The position numbers and the translations under genes are program-made. The notes beneath the pieces were generated by a model. It searched no databases, was not told where the DNA came from, and worked only from the letters and a program-made list of their open reading frames with translations. From NCBI GenBank assembly GCA_003554585.1, contig PWGV01000163.1, positions 6,071 through 70,070 of the forward strand: a stretch of 64,000 nt of DNA, read 5' to 3'. This DNA is from Halobacteroidaceae bacterium. Lineage in GTDB: Bacteria > Bacillota > Halanaerobiia > B1SED10-174. Positions 29,129 through 38,980 of this stretch are shown here, piece by piece. Every line of letters begins with the position of its first letter. The first letter of the stretch is position 1.

Positions 29129-31885
29129 GTGATTGGATTGCCCGGCGACAATATTTTCAAGGTTAATGGGTTTGAGCAAACAATCCCGCAGGGTGAAACC
29201 AGGACCCTTTTGCAATACCTGCGGGATGAATTGAAACTCCTGGGTACAAAAGATGGTTGCTCAGAGGGACACTGTGGGGCCTGCACTGTTATTGTAGATG
29301 GTAAAGCCCGACTTGCCTGCCGTCTGCAGATGACCGACCTGGGAGGGGCAAGCGTGGAAACAATTGAAAACCTTTCCCGGAATTCAGAACTCCACCCCCT
29401 GCAGATTGCGTTTGCTAAAACCGGTGCTATTCAATGTGGATTCTGCACCCCCGGGATGATCATGTCGGCAAAAGCCCTTCTGGACAGGCAACCTGATCCC
29501 ACAGAAGATGAAATTAAAAAGGCCCTGCAGGGCAATCTCTGCCGGTGTACTGGCTATATTAAGATTGTGGAAGCCGTCAGGTTCGGAGCCCGTTATCTCC
29601 GGGAAAAGAGAGAGGAAGAGGAAGAGGAAAAAGATATCATTTCCCGGGTCGGGGAAAATGTTATCAAAAACGACGCTGTGGCCAAAGCAAGAGGAGAACC
29701 CTTTTACGTCGATGATCTATACAGAGAAAACATGCTTTACGGGAAGCTACATCTCAGCTCGGAACCCCACGCCAGAGTGGTTCAGGTAAATTTCGAAGAA
29801 GCCCTGCAGGTTCGGGGAGTTGTTAAAGTCCTTACTGCAGAAGATATCCCAGGCAGGAATTCTTTTGGGTTAAAAATTACCCATCAGCCCGTCCTGGCCG
29901 GGGATAAAGTCCGCTATACGGGTGATCCGGTGGCGTTGGTTTTAGCCGAAAGCAAGGCCGCGGCAGAAGAAGGCGCTGCCCGGATAAAGGTTATGTATGA
30001 AAAACTCCCCGCTTATTACAGGCCCGAAGATTCCTTGCAGGAAAATGCGGAAAAAATCCACGCAGAAGGCAACATTCTTACCGAATTAAATATAAAAAAG
30101 GGTTCACCCCAAGAGGCCATGGAAAAAGCAGATATAGTCGTGGAAGGTCAATACAAAACACCTTTCGGTGAACACGCTTACCTGGAACCCGATGGAGGAC
30201 TCGCCGAATACAGCGATGGAAAAATAACTGTCTGGTGTCCGAACCAGGGAGCGCATCAGTTCCGGGAAATGATTGCTGCAAGCCTGAACCTTCCCCTGGA
30301 AAAAGTCCGGGTTATTACCACAAAAACTGGAGGTGCTTTCGGAGGCCGGGAAGAGCCTACTGTCCAGATTCACTGTGCCCTGGGAGCCATGCTTACCGGG
30401 AGACCCGTTAAAATTATTCTTTCCCGGGAAGAAACAATCAGGATGTCCACAAAGCGTCATGCAGCCAGGATGTTTTACCGGACTGGAGTTAGCAAAGAGG
30501 GAAAAATAATAGCAGGAGAGGTTAAAATATACAGTGATACCGGGGCCTATGCTTCCCTGGGAGAACCTGTTGCCCTGCGGCACACCGCTTTTGCCCTGGG
30601 TCCTTATGTGGTTCCCAATGTCCGGGTCCAGACCTTTTCCGTTTACACCAATAATACTCCGGGAGGGGCTTTTCGGGGTTTCGGCAGTCCCCAGGTGAAT
30701 TTCGGAGCTGAACTGCAGATGGACCGCCTGGCCCGGGAGTTAAAGATGGATCCCCTGGAATTCCGGCTGAAAAATGCCTTGCAGAAAGGCGAAGCGACAA
30801 TAACTGGCCATATTCTTGGGGGAGGAGTTGGCTTTAAAGAATGCCTGCTTAAATTAAAAGAAGCATTGGAAAAGGAAAAGCTTCCCGAACCCCAGATTGG
30901 AGGGAAGATTGGATTTGGAATTGCCGGGGGCTATAAAAATGTGGGGATGGGAGCAGGTTTACCCGAAAAAACGGGTTCCGGCCTGCAGCTCAATTCCGAT
31001 GGAACCTTTACCCTCTTTGTGGGCTGCGTGGATTCGGGCCAGGGTTCAGATACCGCCATGGCTCAGATTGTTTCGGGAGTTTTGAATTGTTTTTTCCGAG
31101 ATATCAAAGTTGTTTCCGCGGATTCCGCATTGACCCCGGATGTTGGAGTAACGACGGCCTCCCGGATGATATTTTTGAGCGGTAATTCTGTGGCGGGCTG
31201 CGCCCGTGAATTTAAAGAAAAATTGTCCGGGGTTGTCGCTGATAAAACCGGGATAAAAGCCGAGGACCTGGAGCTTAACGGGAGGGGTTTTATTAAAAAA
31301 TCAACTGGAGGGGAAGTTATGAGCCTGCAAGAACTGGGCAAACTGATCCCCAATAACCGCCACGATTATGATTACCAGCCCCCCGAAACTCACCCCCTTC
31401 CCCTTGAAGATATTCCTGCAGTACCCAGCGCCAGGGAAAAACACCACCTGCATTTTGCCTACTGTTTCGGAGCCCACGGGGTTGTTTTAGAGGTTAATGA
31501 AGAAAAGGGGAAAATAAAAGTTCACAAGGTTTTTGCCGCCCATGATGTGGGCCGACAGGTAAATCCCCAGGGGGTTGAAAGCCAAATCCAGGGTGGTGTT
31601 GCCATGGGACTGGGCTACGTTCTGGGAGAAAACTATTACCTGAAAGATGGTTTTCCGGTCCAGAATAACCTTGCCCGTTTAAAACTCCTGCGGGCCAGGG
31701 ATATGCCCCAGGTAATTTCTCTGGTTGTAGAAGACAACCACCCTGACGGTCCCTTTGGGGCCAAGGGGATGGCAGAACTGCCCGGAGCCCCGGTTGCTCC
31801 CGCAGTGGTTAACGCCATATTTAATATCACGGGAAGGTTGATTACCCGCCTACCCGTTTCTGGCAGTGATTTAAAAGGAAAGTAA
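29129..31885 (+). CDS. xdhD: XdhD-like fused [2Fe-2S] plus molybdopterin-binding hydroxylase (selenium-dependent Mo hydroxylase class)
   Basis: N-terminal GCSEGHCGACTV, QCGFCTPG and NLCRCTGY, then GGAFGGREEP, GAFRGFG and GAKGMAELP. At 918 aa it has the same architecture as E. coli XdhD. Confidence 0.8.
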   Translation: MIGLPGDNIFKVNGFEQTIPQGETRTLLQYLRDELKLLGTKDGCSEGHCGACTVIVDGKARLACRLQMTDLGGASVETIENLSRNSELHPLQIAFAKTGAIQCGFCTPGMIMSAKALLDRQPDPTEDEIKKALQGNLCRCTGYIKIVEAVRFGARYLREKREEEEEEKDIISRVGENVIKNDAVAKARGEPFYVDDLYRENMLYGKLHLSSEPHARVVQVNFEEALQVRGVVKVLTAEDIPGRNSFGLKITHQPVLAGDKVRYTGDPVALVLAESKAAAEEGAARIKVMYEKLPAYYRPEDSLQENAEKIHAEGNILTELNIKKGSPQEAMEKADIVVEGQYKTPFGEHAYLEPDGGLAEYSDGKITVWCPNQGAHQFREMIAASLNLPLEKVRVITTKTGGAFGGREEPTVQIHCALGAMLTGRPVKIILSREETIRMSTKRHAARMFYRTGVSKEGKIIAGEVKIYSDTGAYASLGEPVALRHTAFALGPYVVPNVRVQTFSVYTNNTPGGAFRGFGSPQVNFGAELQMDRLARELKMDPLEFRLKNALQKGEATITGHILGGGVGFKECLLKLKEALEKEKLPEPQIGGKIGFGIAGGYKNVGMGAGLPEKTGSGLQLNSDGTFTLFVGCVDSGQGSDTAMAQIVSGVLNCFFRDIKVVSADSALTPDVGVTTASRMIFLSGNSVAGCAREFKEKLSGVVADKTGIKAEDLELNGRGFIKKSTGGEVMSLQELGKLIPNNRHDYDYQPPETHPLPLEDIPAVPSAREKHHLHFAYCFGAHGVVLEVNEEKGKIKVHKVFAAHDVGRQVNPQGVESQIQGGVAMGLGYVLGENYYLKDGFPVQNNLARLKLLRARDMPQVISLVVEDNHPDGPFGAKGMAELPGAPVAPAVVNAIFNITGRLITRLPVSGSDLKGK

Positions 31886-31933
31886 AGTTGGAAGAAATTG
31901 GCCCCAAAATTTTACGAGATAGGAGGATTGCTG

Positions 31934-33178
31934 ATGGCTGAGGAAAAAAAACTTAGCAAAGAAGCCGCTCTATTGGAAGCTGCTAATTGTTTAAAGTGCT
32001 ATAAGCCTCCCTGCCAGGATGACTGTCCTGCTGGGATTGATATTCCCAGTTTTATCTACAAGATAAAAACCGGGGATATCAAGGGAGCGAAACGGGTTTT
32101 GTACGATAAAAATATATTCTCTGCAACCTGTGCTGCAGTATGTCCGGTGGAAGAGCTCTGCCAGGAAAACTGTAACAAGGGGCAGGTAAGCCGGGCTGTT
32201 TCAATAGGTCAACTGCAGGCTTATGCTGTTGAAAAAGGGGGAGAAATTGAATTTCCCCAGGAAGAAAAAACCAAAAACCCCCGGAAAGTTGCCGTAATAG
32301 GTGCCGGGCCTGCGGGGATGACTGGAGCTTACCGCCTGGGTCGGGCAGGTCACCAGGTGGATTTATTCGAAGCCCAAAAGCGGCCCGGAGGAACGCCCTT
32401 CTGGGGCATTCCTCCCTGGCGCCTTTCCCGGGAAACTCTGGAGCGGGAAATCGAAGAGATTGAAAAACAACTGCACAGCAGCAAATATAATACCCGGGTA
32501 GGGGAAGATATCCAGGTTGAGGATTTACTCAGAGAATATGATGCAGTTCTGGTTTCCTGTGGGCTGGGTGAGGGTTCTGTCCTCCGGATAAAAGGAGCTG
32601 AACTAAAGGGAACTGTAGATGCTGTAACTTTTCTCAAGGCCCATAATACAGGTGAAAATGGAATGCCGTCCCCCGAAGGCAAGGTTGTCCTCATAATCGG
32701 TGGAGGTAATACGGCAATGGATGCTGCAATGGCAGCAAAGGAAGCGGGGGCAGAAAGAAGTATTGTTGTTTACCGCCGATCCTGGGAAGAAATGCCTGCC
32801 TGGAAAGCAGAAATTCAAAAGGCGCAGAACCGCGGTGTTGAATTTATGCTGCAAACGGCTCCAGTGGAAATCCTGGGGGAGAAAATGCTTGAAGCCGTGA
32901 AACTTGTCCCTACTCGCCTTGTCCCCGAAGAAGGCCGCCGGCCGCGCCCGGTTCCCATTGAAGGAAAGGAGTTCGTTTTTCCCGCCGGGCTGGTTATAAC
33001 CGCCCTGGGGCAGCTTGATAACCCTCTGGTGGAAAAACTCGAGAGTAGAGAAAAGGTCTTTTTTGCAGGAGATGCTGCTGGAGGCGAGGCCACAGTGGTC
33101 CAGGCAGTAGCAGAAGGAAAAGAGGCCGCAGAAAAAATAATGGCCTATTTCCAGGAAGCTAAAGGAAGAGGGGTGTAA
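31934..33178 (+). CDS. preT: PreT / GltD-like NAD(P)H-flavin Fe-S oxidoreductase subunit
   Basis: N-terminal Cys clusters (CLKCYKPPCQDDCP; CAAVCPVEELCQENC) and two dinucleotide folds (VAVIGAGPAGM; VLIIGGGNTAMD). ATG 31934 is 7 nt after an AGGAGG RBS. Confidence 0.8.
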   Translation: MAEEKKLSKEAALLEAANCLKCYKPPCQDDCPAGIDIPSFIYKIKTGDIKGAKRVLYDKNIFSATCAAVCPVEELCQENCNKGQVSRAVSIGQLQAYAVEKGGEIEFPQEEKTKNPRKVAVIGAGPAGMTGAYRLGRAGHQVDLFEAQKRPGGTPFWGIPPWRLSRETLEREIEEIEKQLHSSKYNTRVGEDIQVEDLLREYDAVLVSCGLGEGSVLRIKGAELKGTVDAVTFLKAHNTGENGMPSPEGKVVLIIGGGNTAMDAAMAAKEAGAERSIVVYRRSWEEMPAWKAEIQKAQNRGVEFMLQTAPVEILGEKMLEAVKLVPTRLVPEEGRRPRPVPIEGKEFVFPAGLVITALGQLDNPLVEKLESREKVFFAGDAAGGEATVVQAVAEGKEAAEKIMAYFQEAKGRGV

Positions 33179-33181
33179 ACC

Positions 33182-34381
33182 ATGACCGACCTATCTCTGG
33201 AGTTTTGCGGAATAAAATATCCGAATCCTTTTGTTCTTGCTGCTGCTCCCACCACAGACAAGGAAGAAATGGTTGGCAGAGCTTTCGAGGCTGGATGGGG
33301 TGGGGCAATTTTAAAGACCACCTCGGTGGAAACTGAAGATGTTAGCCTGGTTTACCCGATGATGACCGGCCTTGATTATGATAATAAGAGGCTTGCCGCC
33401 CTGGAGAATATTGACCTGATCTCGCATCATCATATTGATGTGGTGGAAAAGAGAGTTCGGATCCTGAAAAAAGAATTTCCCGACCGGGTAGTTGCTGCCA
33501 GTATCATGGGGCAGGCCAAAGAACACTGGGAGGAGCTGGTGCAGAGGCTGGAAGCCGCAGGTGTTGACCTGATTGAATGCAGCTTTTCCTGTCCTCACGG
33601 CATGCCCGAAAAGGGAATGGGCAGTACCATAGGGCAGAATCCTGAGCTTGTGGAGAGAACTGCCCGGTGGGTAAAAGAAGCTGCGAAGAGAGTTCCCGTC
33701 GTAATAAAATTAACTCCGCAGATTGCTGATATTACAGTCGCTGCGGAAGCGGTAAAAAAGAGTGGGGCAGATGGAGTTTGCGCCATTAATACGGTTAAGG
33801 GAATACTTGGAGTGGATATTTATGATTTTGTCCCCCATCCCAAGGTTAGAGATAAATCAACTATTGGAGGGGTATCGGGACTTGCAATTAAACCTGTTGC
33901 TCTCCGCTGTGTTGCAGAAATAGCCCGAAGTGTGGATATTCCGGTAACTGCTTCCGGTGGTATTACAACCTGGCGGGATGCAGTAGAATTTTTGCTCCTC
34001 GGTGCCCGCAACCTCCAGGTCTGTACAGCAGCCATGCAGTATGGTTTTGACCTGGTTGGTGATTTGAAAGAAGGTCTGGCCAACTACATGGCAGAAATGA
34101 ATTTCTCCTCGGTGGAGCAGATAGTTGGAAAATCTTTACCCAAACTTGTGGACCACGGTGCCCTTTCCCGTGATATCAAGGTGGTTTCCCGGGTTGACGA
34201 GGATCGCTGCATCAAGTGCGGGCGCTGTTATGTTGCCTGTAATGATGGAGGGCATCAGGCTATAACCATTGGCGAGGACAGGGTACCACAGTTTGATGAA
34301 GAAGAGTGCGTTGGGTGTGCTTTCTGCACAACTATCTGCCCTGTATATTGTCTGGAAATGGAACGAGTTGAGGATAAGTAA
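33182..34381 (+). CDS. preA: PreA-like dihydropyrimidine/dihydroorotate-dehydrogenase-fold subunit with C-terminal 2x[4Fe-4S]
   Basis: FCGIKYPNPF, an SFSCPHG active-site region, and CIKCGRCYVAC plus CVGCAFCTTICP clusters. Confidence 0.85.
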   Translation: MTDLSLEFCGIKYPNPFVLAAAPTTDKEEMVGRAFEAGWGGAILKTTSVETEDVSLVYPMMTGLDYDNKRLAALENIDLISHHHIDVVEKRVRILKKEFPDRVVAASIMGQAKEHWEELVQRLEAAGVDLIECSFSCPHGMPEKGMGSTIGQNPELVERTARWVKEAAKRVPVVIKLTPQIADITVAAEAVKKSGADGVCAINTVKGILGVDIYDFVPHPKVRDKSTIGGVSGLAIKPVALRCVAEIARSVDIPVTASGGITTWRDAVEFLLLGARNLQVCTAAMQYGFDLVGDLKEGLANYMAEMNFSSVEQIVGKSLPKLVDHGALSRDIKVVSRVDEDRCIKCGRCYVACNDGGHQAITIGEDRVPQFDEEECVGCAFCTTICPVYCLEMERVEDK

Positions 34382-34409
34382 AAAAAGGCTACCGGGAGGG
34401 AGCTTTACT

Positions 34410-36116
34410 ATGAAGGATAAATTGCTGGCTCAGGCCAGGGGAGAAGAAAAAGCCGATATTGTTTTCAAAAACGGTCAGGTTGCTGATGTTTTCAACGGAG
34501 AACTACTCTCCGATAGGGTCGCCGTATCCGAAGGGGTGATCCTGGGAATTGGTGATTACAGGGGGAAAGAGGAAATTGACCTGGACGGGCATATCCTGGT
34601 TCCTGGTTTTTTCGACGGACACCTCCACGTGGAAAGTTCCCTGGTTAGTGTTGGCGAATTTGCCCGCCAGGTTATTCCCCTCGGTACTACCTCTATTTAT
34701 GCCGATCCCCATGAAATCGCCAACGTCGCGGGGAAAGACGGGATCAGGTACATGCTAACTGAGGGGAGAAAGTACCCCTGGAATTTCAACCTGATGCTTC
34801 CTTCCTGTGTTCCGGCCTCCCCCTTTGAAACTCCCGGAGCAGTCCTGGAGGTTGACGATCTCCTGGAGTTTTATGATGAAGAAAATGTTTACGGCCTGGG
34901 AGAGGTAATGAACTACCCCGGGGTGATAAATGGAGATAAGAAGCTCTGGGCCAAGTTAAAGGCTTTTTCCGGGCGTTTTAAAGACGGGCATGCTCCCGGG
35001 GTAACTGGAATGGAACTCAATGCCTACCTCCTTGGAGATATTAAGGCAGATCACGAAGTGATAAGCGCTGAAGAAGCCCGCCAGAAAGTAGCCGCCGGAA
35101 TGTTTGTAATGGCCAGAGAGGCTTCCGGGGCGCAAAATCTCCGGGAAATACTCCGGGCCCTGGATGGCAAAAACCAGGACAGATTTATCCTGGCCACTGA
35201 TGATCGTCACCCGGAGGATCTTTTGAACCAGGGGCATATCAACTACCTGCTTGAACTCGCAGTAAAGGAAAGACTTGATCCCCTGCTCGCACTTCGCCTG
35301 GTAACATTGAACCCGGCTATTGCCTTCGGGGAAAAAGACCTGGGAGCCATCGCACCCGGTTACCGGGCTGACCTGGTAGTTCTTGAAGACCTGGAAAAAT
35401 TCAGGGCCTTAGAAGTTTATAAAGAGGGGAAACTGGTCGGAAAAGAAGGAGAAGCGTTATTTTCTGTTGCTAAAACCTCTCAAGATTCCCGAATAAGGGG
35501 TTCTGTGAATATTGGTTCCCTTGAGCTCGAACACTTTAAACTCCCTTCAGGAAAAAGGTTTCGGGTTATCGAAATGGTCCCCGGCCAGATAACAACCCGG
35601 CATTTAATTAAAGAGCTAGAGGTGAAAGAGGGACAGATTGCGAATATAATAGAAAAGGGACTGGTAAAACTTGCAGTTGTGGAAAGACATCATGCTTCGG
35701 GGAACGTGGGATTGGGGCTTTTAGCCGGACTGGGTCTGGAAAAGGGCGCCCTCGCAGTTTCCGTTGCTCATGACTCCCACCACGTTATTGTCGCAGGTGC
35801 GGATGATCCATCCATGTTAAAAGCGGTAAACGAAATTGAAAATATGGGAGGTGGCGTGGTTCTGGTTGCGGATAACCAGGTGCAGGCTTCAGTCCCCCTC
35901 CCCATAGCAGGTCTGATGAGTGAAGAGCCTATTGGTATGGTTGCCAGGCAAATGACCATGTTAAATGAGAAGGCAGAAAAAATGGGTATAAAAATGGAAA
36001 ATCCCACAATGGCCCTGAGTTTTCTGGCTCTTCCGGTCATTCCCGAACTTAAACTGACTGATAAAGGGCTTTTTGATAGTCAGAAATTCCAACCGGTGTC
36101 CCTGGTTGTAGAATGA
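34410..36116 (+). CDS. ade: Adenine deaminase
   Basis: ADIVFKNGQV, LVPGFFDGHLHVESS, IYADPHEIANV and KADHE. ATG 34410 lies behind a GGGAGGGA RBS. The listed ORF extension 34269-34409 overlaps preA. Confidence 0.85.
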   Translation: MKDKLLAQARGEEKADIVFKNGQVADVFNGELLSDRVAVSEGVILGIGDYRGKEEIDLDGHILVPGFFDGHLHVESSLVSVGEFARQVIPLGTTSIYADPHEIANVAGKDGIRYMLTEGRKYPWNFNLMLPSCVPASPFETPGAVLEVDDLLEFYDEENVYGLGEVMNYPGVINGDKKLWAKLKAFSGRFKDGHAPGVTGMELNAYLLGDIKADHEVISAEEARQKVAAGMFVMAREASGAQNLREILRALDGKNQDRFILATDDRHPEDLLNQGHINYLLELAVKERLDPLLALRLVTLNPAIAFGEKDLGAIAPGYRADLVVLEDLEKFRALEVYKEGKLVGKEGEALFSVAKTSQDSRIRGSVNIGSLELEHFKLPSGKRFRVIEMVPGQITTRHLIKELEVKEGQIANIIEKGLVKLAVVERHHASGNVGLGLLAGLGLEKGALAVSVAHDSHHVIVAGADDPSMLKAVNEIENMGGGVVLVADNQVQASVPLPIAGLMSEEPIGMVARQMTMLNEKAEKMGIKMENPTMALSFLALPVIPELKLTDKGLFDSQKFQPVSLVVE

Positions 36117-36197
36117 GAGGAGGTGGTAGGAAGGTTATATGACAAAAAGTTTTCTCATTGCTTGAGGTAACATAATTGCAAAGGAGGTACTTAATTT

Positions 36198-37511
36198 ATG
36201 GATTTTATTGAACGCCAGTTTCAATTAAAGGCCAATAAAACCAACCTGAAAACAGAAATAATTGCTGGGATCACTACCTTTATGACAATGGCCTATATTA
36301 TCTTTGTTAACCCCAGTATCCTGGCTGACGCCGGCATGCCCTGGGAAGGCGTTTTCATGGCAACAATCGCCGGTATTATCCTGGGAACCGTGGCCATGGC
36401 CTTCCTGACCAACTATCCCTTTGCCCTTGCATCGGGGATGGGTTTGAACGCCTTTTTTGCTTACACAGTTGTTATCGGGATGGGTGTACCCTGGCAGGTG
36501 GCCCTGGGGATTATCTTCCTTGAAGGTATTTTGTTTATTATTTTAAGTATAACCCCGGTCCGCAAGATGATTGTAAACAGCATCCCCATGAGTTTAAAAG
36601 CTGCAATCAGCGCGGGGATCGGTCTCTTTATTGCTTTTATTGGTCTGCAAAATGCGGAAATAATTGTTGGTTATGAAGCAACCATGGTGACCATTGGCGA
36701 CCTGGCTTCAGGGCCTCCCCTTGTAGCAATCTTCGGAACCATTGTTATTGGAATACTTTATGCTCTCAAGGTTAAAGGTTCCCTTTTATGGGGGATCCTG
36801 GCTGCTACAGCCTTCGGCGCGCTGCCCGGGATTGGCGTAACCCCGCCTTTTGATGGTATTTTTGCGGCGCCTGATTTTGCAAGCTGGGGACAGGTTTTTG
36901 GAAAACTCGATGTGCGGGGAGCAATTGATATTGGTTTAATCGGTGTAATTATTGCTTTCCTCTTTGTCGACCTTTTTGATACTGCTGGAACCCTGGTCGG
37001 AGTCAGCACCCAGGCCGGATACCTGGACGAAGATGGAAACCTGCCCAAGGCCAATCGGGCCCTGCTCGCTGATGCTATTGGAACTACAGGTGGTGCGATT
37101 TTCGGAACATCCACGGTAACTACCTATATTGAATCTGCTGCGGGTGTTGCTGAAGGCGGAAGGACCGGATTAACCGGGCTGGTAACTGCGTTCCTTTTCC
37201 TTCTGTCAATTTTCTTCATGCCCATAGTTGGTATTGTTCCCGGTGCTGCTACGGCACCTGCTCTGGTAATAGTTGGTACTATGATGATGAGCAATATTCT
37301 CAAAATTGACTGGGATGACTTTACAGAGGTGTTACCCGCTTTTATCGTCATGATTACAATGCCCCTGGCCTATTCCATATCCCACGGGATTGCTCTTGGT
37401 TTTATTTTCTTCCCGATCATCAAGATTTTTACCGGCCGGAGCAAAGAGGTGCATCCCCTGGTTTATACCCTGGGAGCTCTCTTCATCCTTTACTTTATAT
37501 TTATCGAATAA
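36198..37511 (+). CDS. AzgA/PbuG-type NCS2 purine (adenine/guanine/hypoxanthine) permease
   Basis: FQLKANKTNLKTEIIAGITTFMTMAYIIFVNP N-terminus and YIESAAGV. About 12 TM helices. Confidence 0.85.
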   Translation: MDFIERQFQLKANKTNLKTEIIAGITTFMTMAYIIFVNPSILADAGMPWEGVFMATIAGIILGTVAMAFLTNYPFALASGMGLNAFFAYTVVIGMGVPWQVALGIIFLEGILFIILSITPVRKMIVNSIPMSLKAAISAGIGLFIAFIGLQNAEIIVGYEATMVTIGDLASGPPLVAIFGTIVIGILYALKVKGSLLWGILAATAFGALPGIGVTPPFDGIFAAPDFASWGQVFGKLDVRGAIDIGLIGVIIAFLFVDLFDTAGTLVGVSTQAGYLDEDGNLPKANRALLADAIGTTGGAIFGTSTVTTYIESAAGVAEGGRTGLTGLVTAFLFLLSIFFMPIVGIVPGAATAPALVIVGTMMMSNILKIDWDDFTEVLPAFIVMITMPLAYSISHGIALGFIFFPIIKIFTGRSKEVHPLVYTLGALFILYFIFIE

Positions 37512-37519
37512 CAAAAAAA

Positions 37520-37545
37520 GGAGGGGGCGACCCCTCCTTTTTTTT
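37520..37545 (+). terminator. Intrinsic terminator after the purine permease
   Basis: GGAGGGG (37520-37526) pairs with CCCCTCC (37531-37537), followed by T8. Flanked by an upstream A7, so potentially bidirectional. Confidence 0.8.
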
Positions 37546-37565
37546 CCCTGACGGGGGGTGGATAA

Positions 37566-38174
37566 ATGATCGCAGCCGTTCTCCTCGCTGCCGGTGAGGG
37601 ACGCCGGATGAAGAGGCTAAAACAAACCTTACCCTGGGAAAATGAACTTACCCTGGTCCAGGCCAGCCTGGAAAACATCCTGACCTGTAGGGAGATAGAA
37701 GGCCCCATCCGGGTGGTTATTGGAGCCAAAGCAGAGCAGGTTCGGGAAAATTTTAAAAAATATTCTGACCCCCGGCTGGAGATTCGGAGAAACCGGGAAT
37801 ACAAAAAAGGAATGATATCCTCGATAAAAACAGGACTTGCATCGCTACCCGGAGAGGTAAATGGGTTTTTCATAGCTCTTTCCGACCAGCCCCTGATTTC
37901 TTCCGGGACCTATACTGAATTGATAAGAATTTTCCGGGAGGGAGAACATAAAATTATTGTGCCTGTTTACCAGGAAAAAAGAGGGCATCCAGTTTTATTG
38001 TCCTCTGGTTTTCTGGCGGAAATTCTGGAAATGCCGGATAGTCCGGGGGGATTACGTCCCCTGTTAAAAAGGCACCAGGACCAGGTTTTATGGAAGAATG
38101 TAAAAGATCCAGGAGTTACTATCGACCTGGACTATCCCGAGGATTATTTCCATTACAGGAGGGAAGGGAAATGA
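37566..38174 (+). CDS. mocA: MobA-like NTP transferase, MocA-type molybdenum cofactor cytidylyltransferase
   Basis: AAVLLAAGEGRRM N-terminus, ALSDQP and a length of about 200 aa. Precedes yqeB/yqeC. Confidence 0.7.
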   Translation: MIAAVLLAAGEGRRMKRLKQTLPWENELTLVQASLENILTCREIEGPIRVVIGAKAEQVRENFKKYSDPRLEIRRNREYKKGMISSIKTGLASLPGEVNGFFIALSDQPLISSGTYTELIRIFREGEHKIIVPVYQEKRGHPVLLSSGFLAEILEMPDSPGGLRPLLKRHQDQVLWKNVKDPGVTIDLDYPEDYFHYRREGK

Positions 38175-38980
38175 GAAAGGGACCCGTAATCATTAAAGGC
38201 GCTGGAGAGATGGCCTCGGGAACTGCTCATAAGCTCTTTCGAGCTGGTCTGAAGGTGGTAATGACTGAAATTCCCCAGCCCCAGGCTGTTCGCCGGGGAG
38301 TTTCTTTTGCCCAGGCCGTTTTTACCGGGGAACATACAGTTGAAGACGTAACTGCCTGCTGCGTGCAAAAAATCTCGGAAATTATTGAGGTTTTAAATCA
38401 GGGATTTATCCCGGTTCTTCCCCGGCCTCTTACTGCTGAAGAACTGGAGGAATTAAATCCCAGGGCCCTGGTTGATGCTACCCTGGCTAAAGAACAAACT
38501 GATACCTACTGGGGAGAAGCTCCCGTTGTAATTGGGCTGGGGCCTGGATTTCGGGCTCCGGAAGATGTCCATGCGGTAATTGAAACTCAGAGAGGGCATC
38601 ACCTTGGCCGGATATATTTCCAGGGTATTGCTGCACCCAATACCGGAGAACCGGGTGAAATACTGGGTTATACCTGGGAACGGGTTTTAAGATCTCCCGC
38701 AAAAGGCGAATTTGTTGCTTTCCGGGAAATTGGTGATGAGGTTGAAGCAGGAGATGAAATAGGGGTAATTGATAAGCAGGATATGGTCTGTGCAGGGATT
38801 CCAGGAGTCATCCGGGGTTTAATCTATCCGGGTTTAACTGTTGGAAAAGGAACCAAGCTCGGAGATATTGATCCCCGGGGGATCCGGGAGTATTGTTTCA
38901 CAATTTCTGATAAAGCCAGGAACATTGCGGGAGGTGTTCTGGAGGCCTTGCTTTTCCTGGAGGGGAAAAAATATGTTTAA
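38171..38980 (+). CDS. yqeB: YqeB-family selenium-dependent molybdenum hydroxylase accessory protein
   Basis: VIIKGAGEMASGTAHKLFRAGLKVVMTEIPQPQAVRRGVSFAQAVF matches my recollection of the YqeB-family N-terminus. ATGA overlap with mocA. Confidence 0.7.
   Translation: MRKGPVIIKGAGEMASGTAHKLFRAGLKVVMTEIPQPQAVRRGVSFAQAVFTGEHTVEDVTACCVQKISEIIEVLNQGFIPVLPRPLTAEELEELNPRALVDATLAKEQTDTYWGEAPVVIGLGPGFRAPEDVHAVIETQRGHHLGRIYFQGIAAPNTGEPGEILGYTWERVLRSPAKGEFVAFREIGDEVEAGDEIGVIDKQDMVCAGIPGVIRGLIYPGLTVGKGTKLGDIDPRGIREYCFTISDKARNIAGGVLEALLFLEGKKYV

Noticed and set aside
34269-34409. N-terminal extension of the adenine deaminase ORF, and similar upstream extensions at 5796, 22777, 26784, 31898, 38090, 38841, 45042(-), 49052, 51947 and 53883(-).
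   Set aside because: The extensions overlap the preceding gene or lack homology-like sequence. Internal ATG/GTG codons with properly spaced RBS give N-termini that match family expectations.
36117-36197. A purine (guanine/adenine) riboswitch upstream of the pbuG-like permease or elsewhere in the purine cluster.
   Set aside because: The intergenic region is only ~80 nt. It lacks the conserved UAUAAU...CCGUAAAU-type three-way junction elements. The other intergenic gaps in the cluster are under 60 nt.
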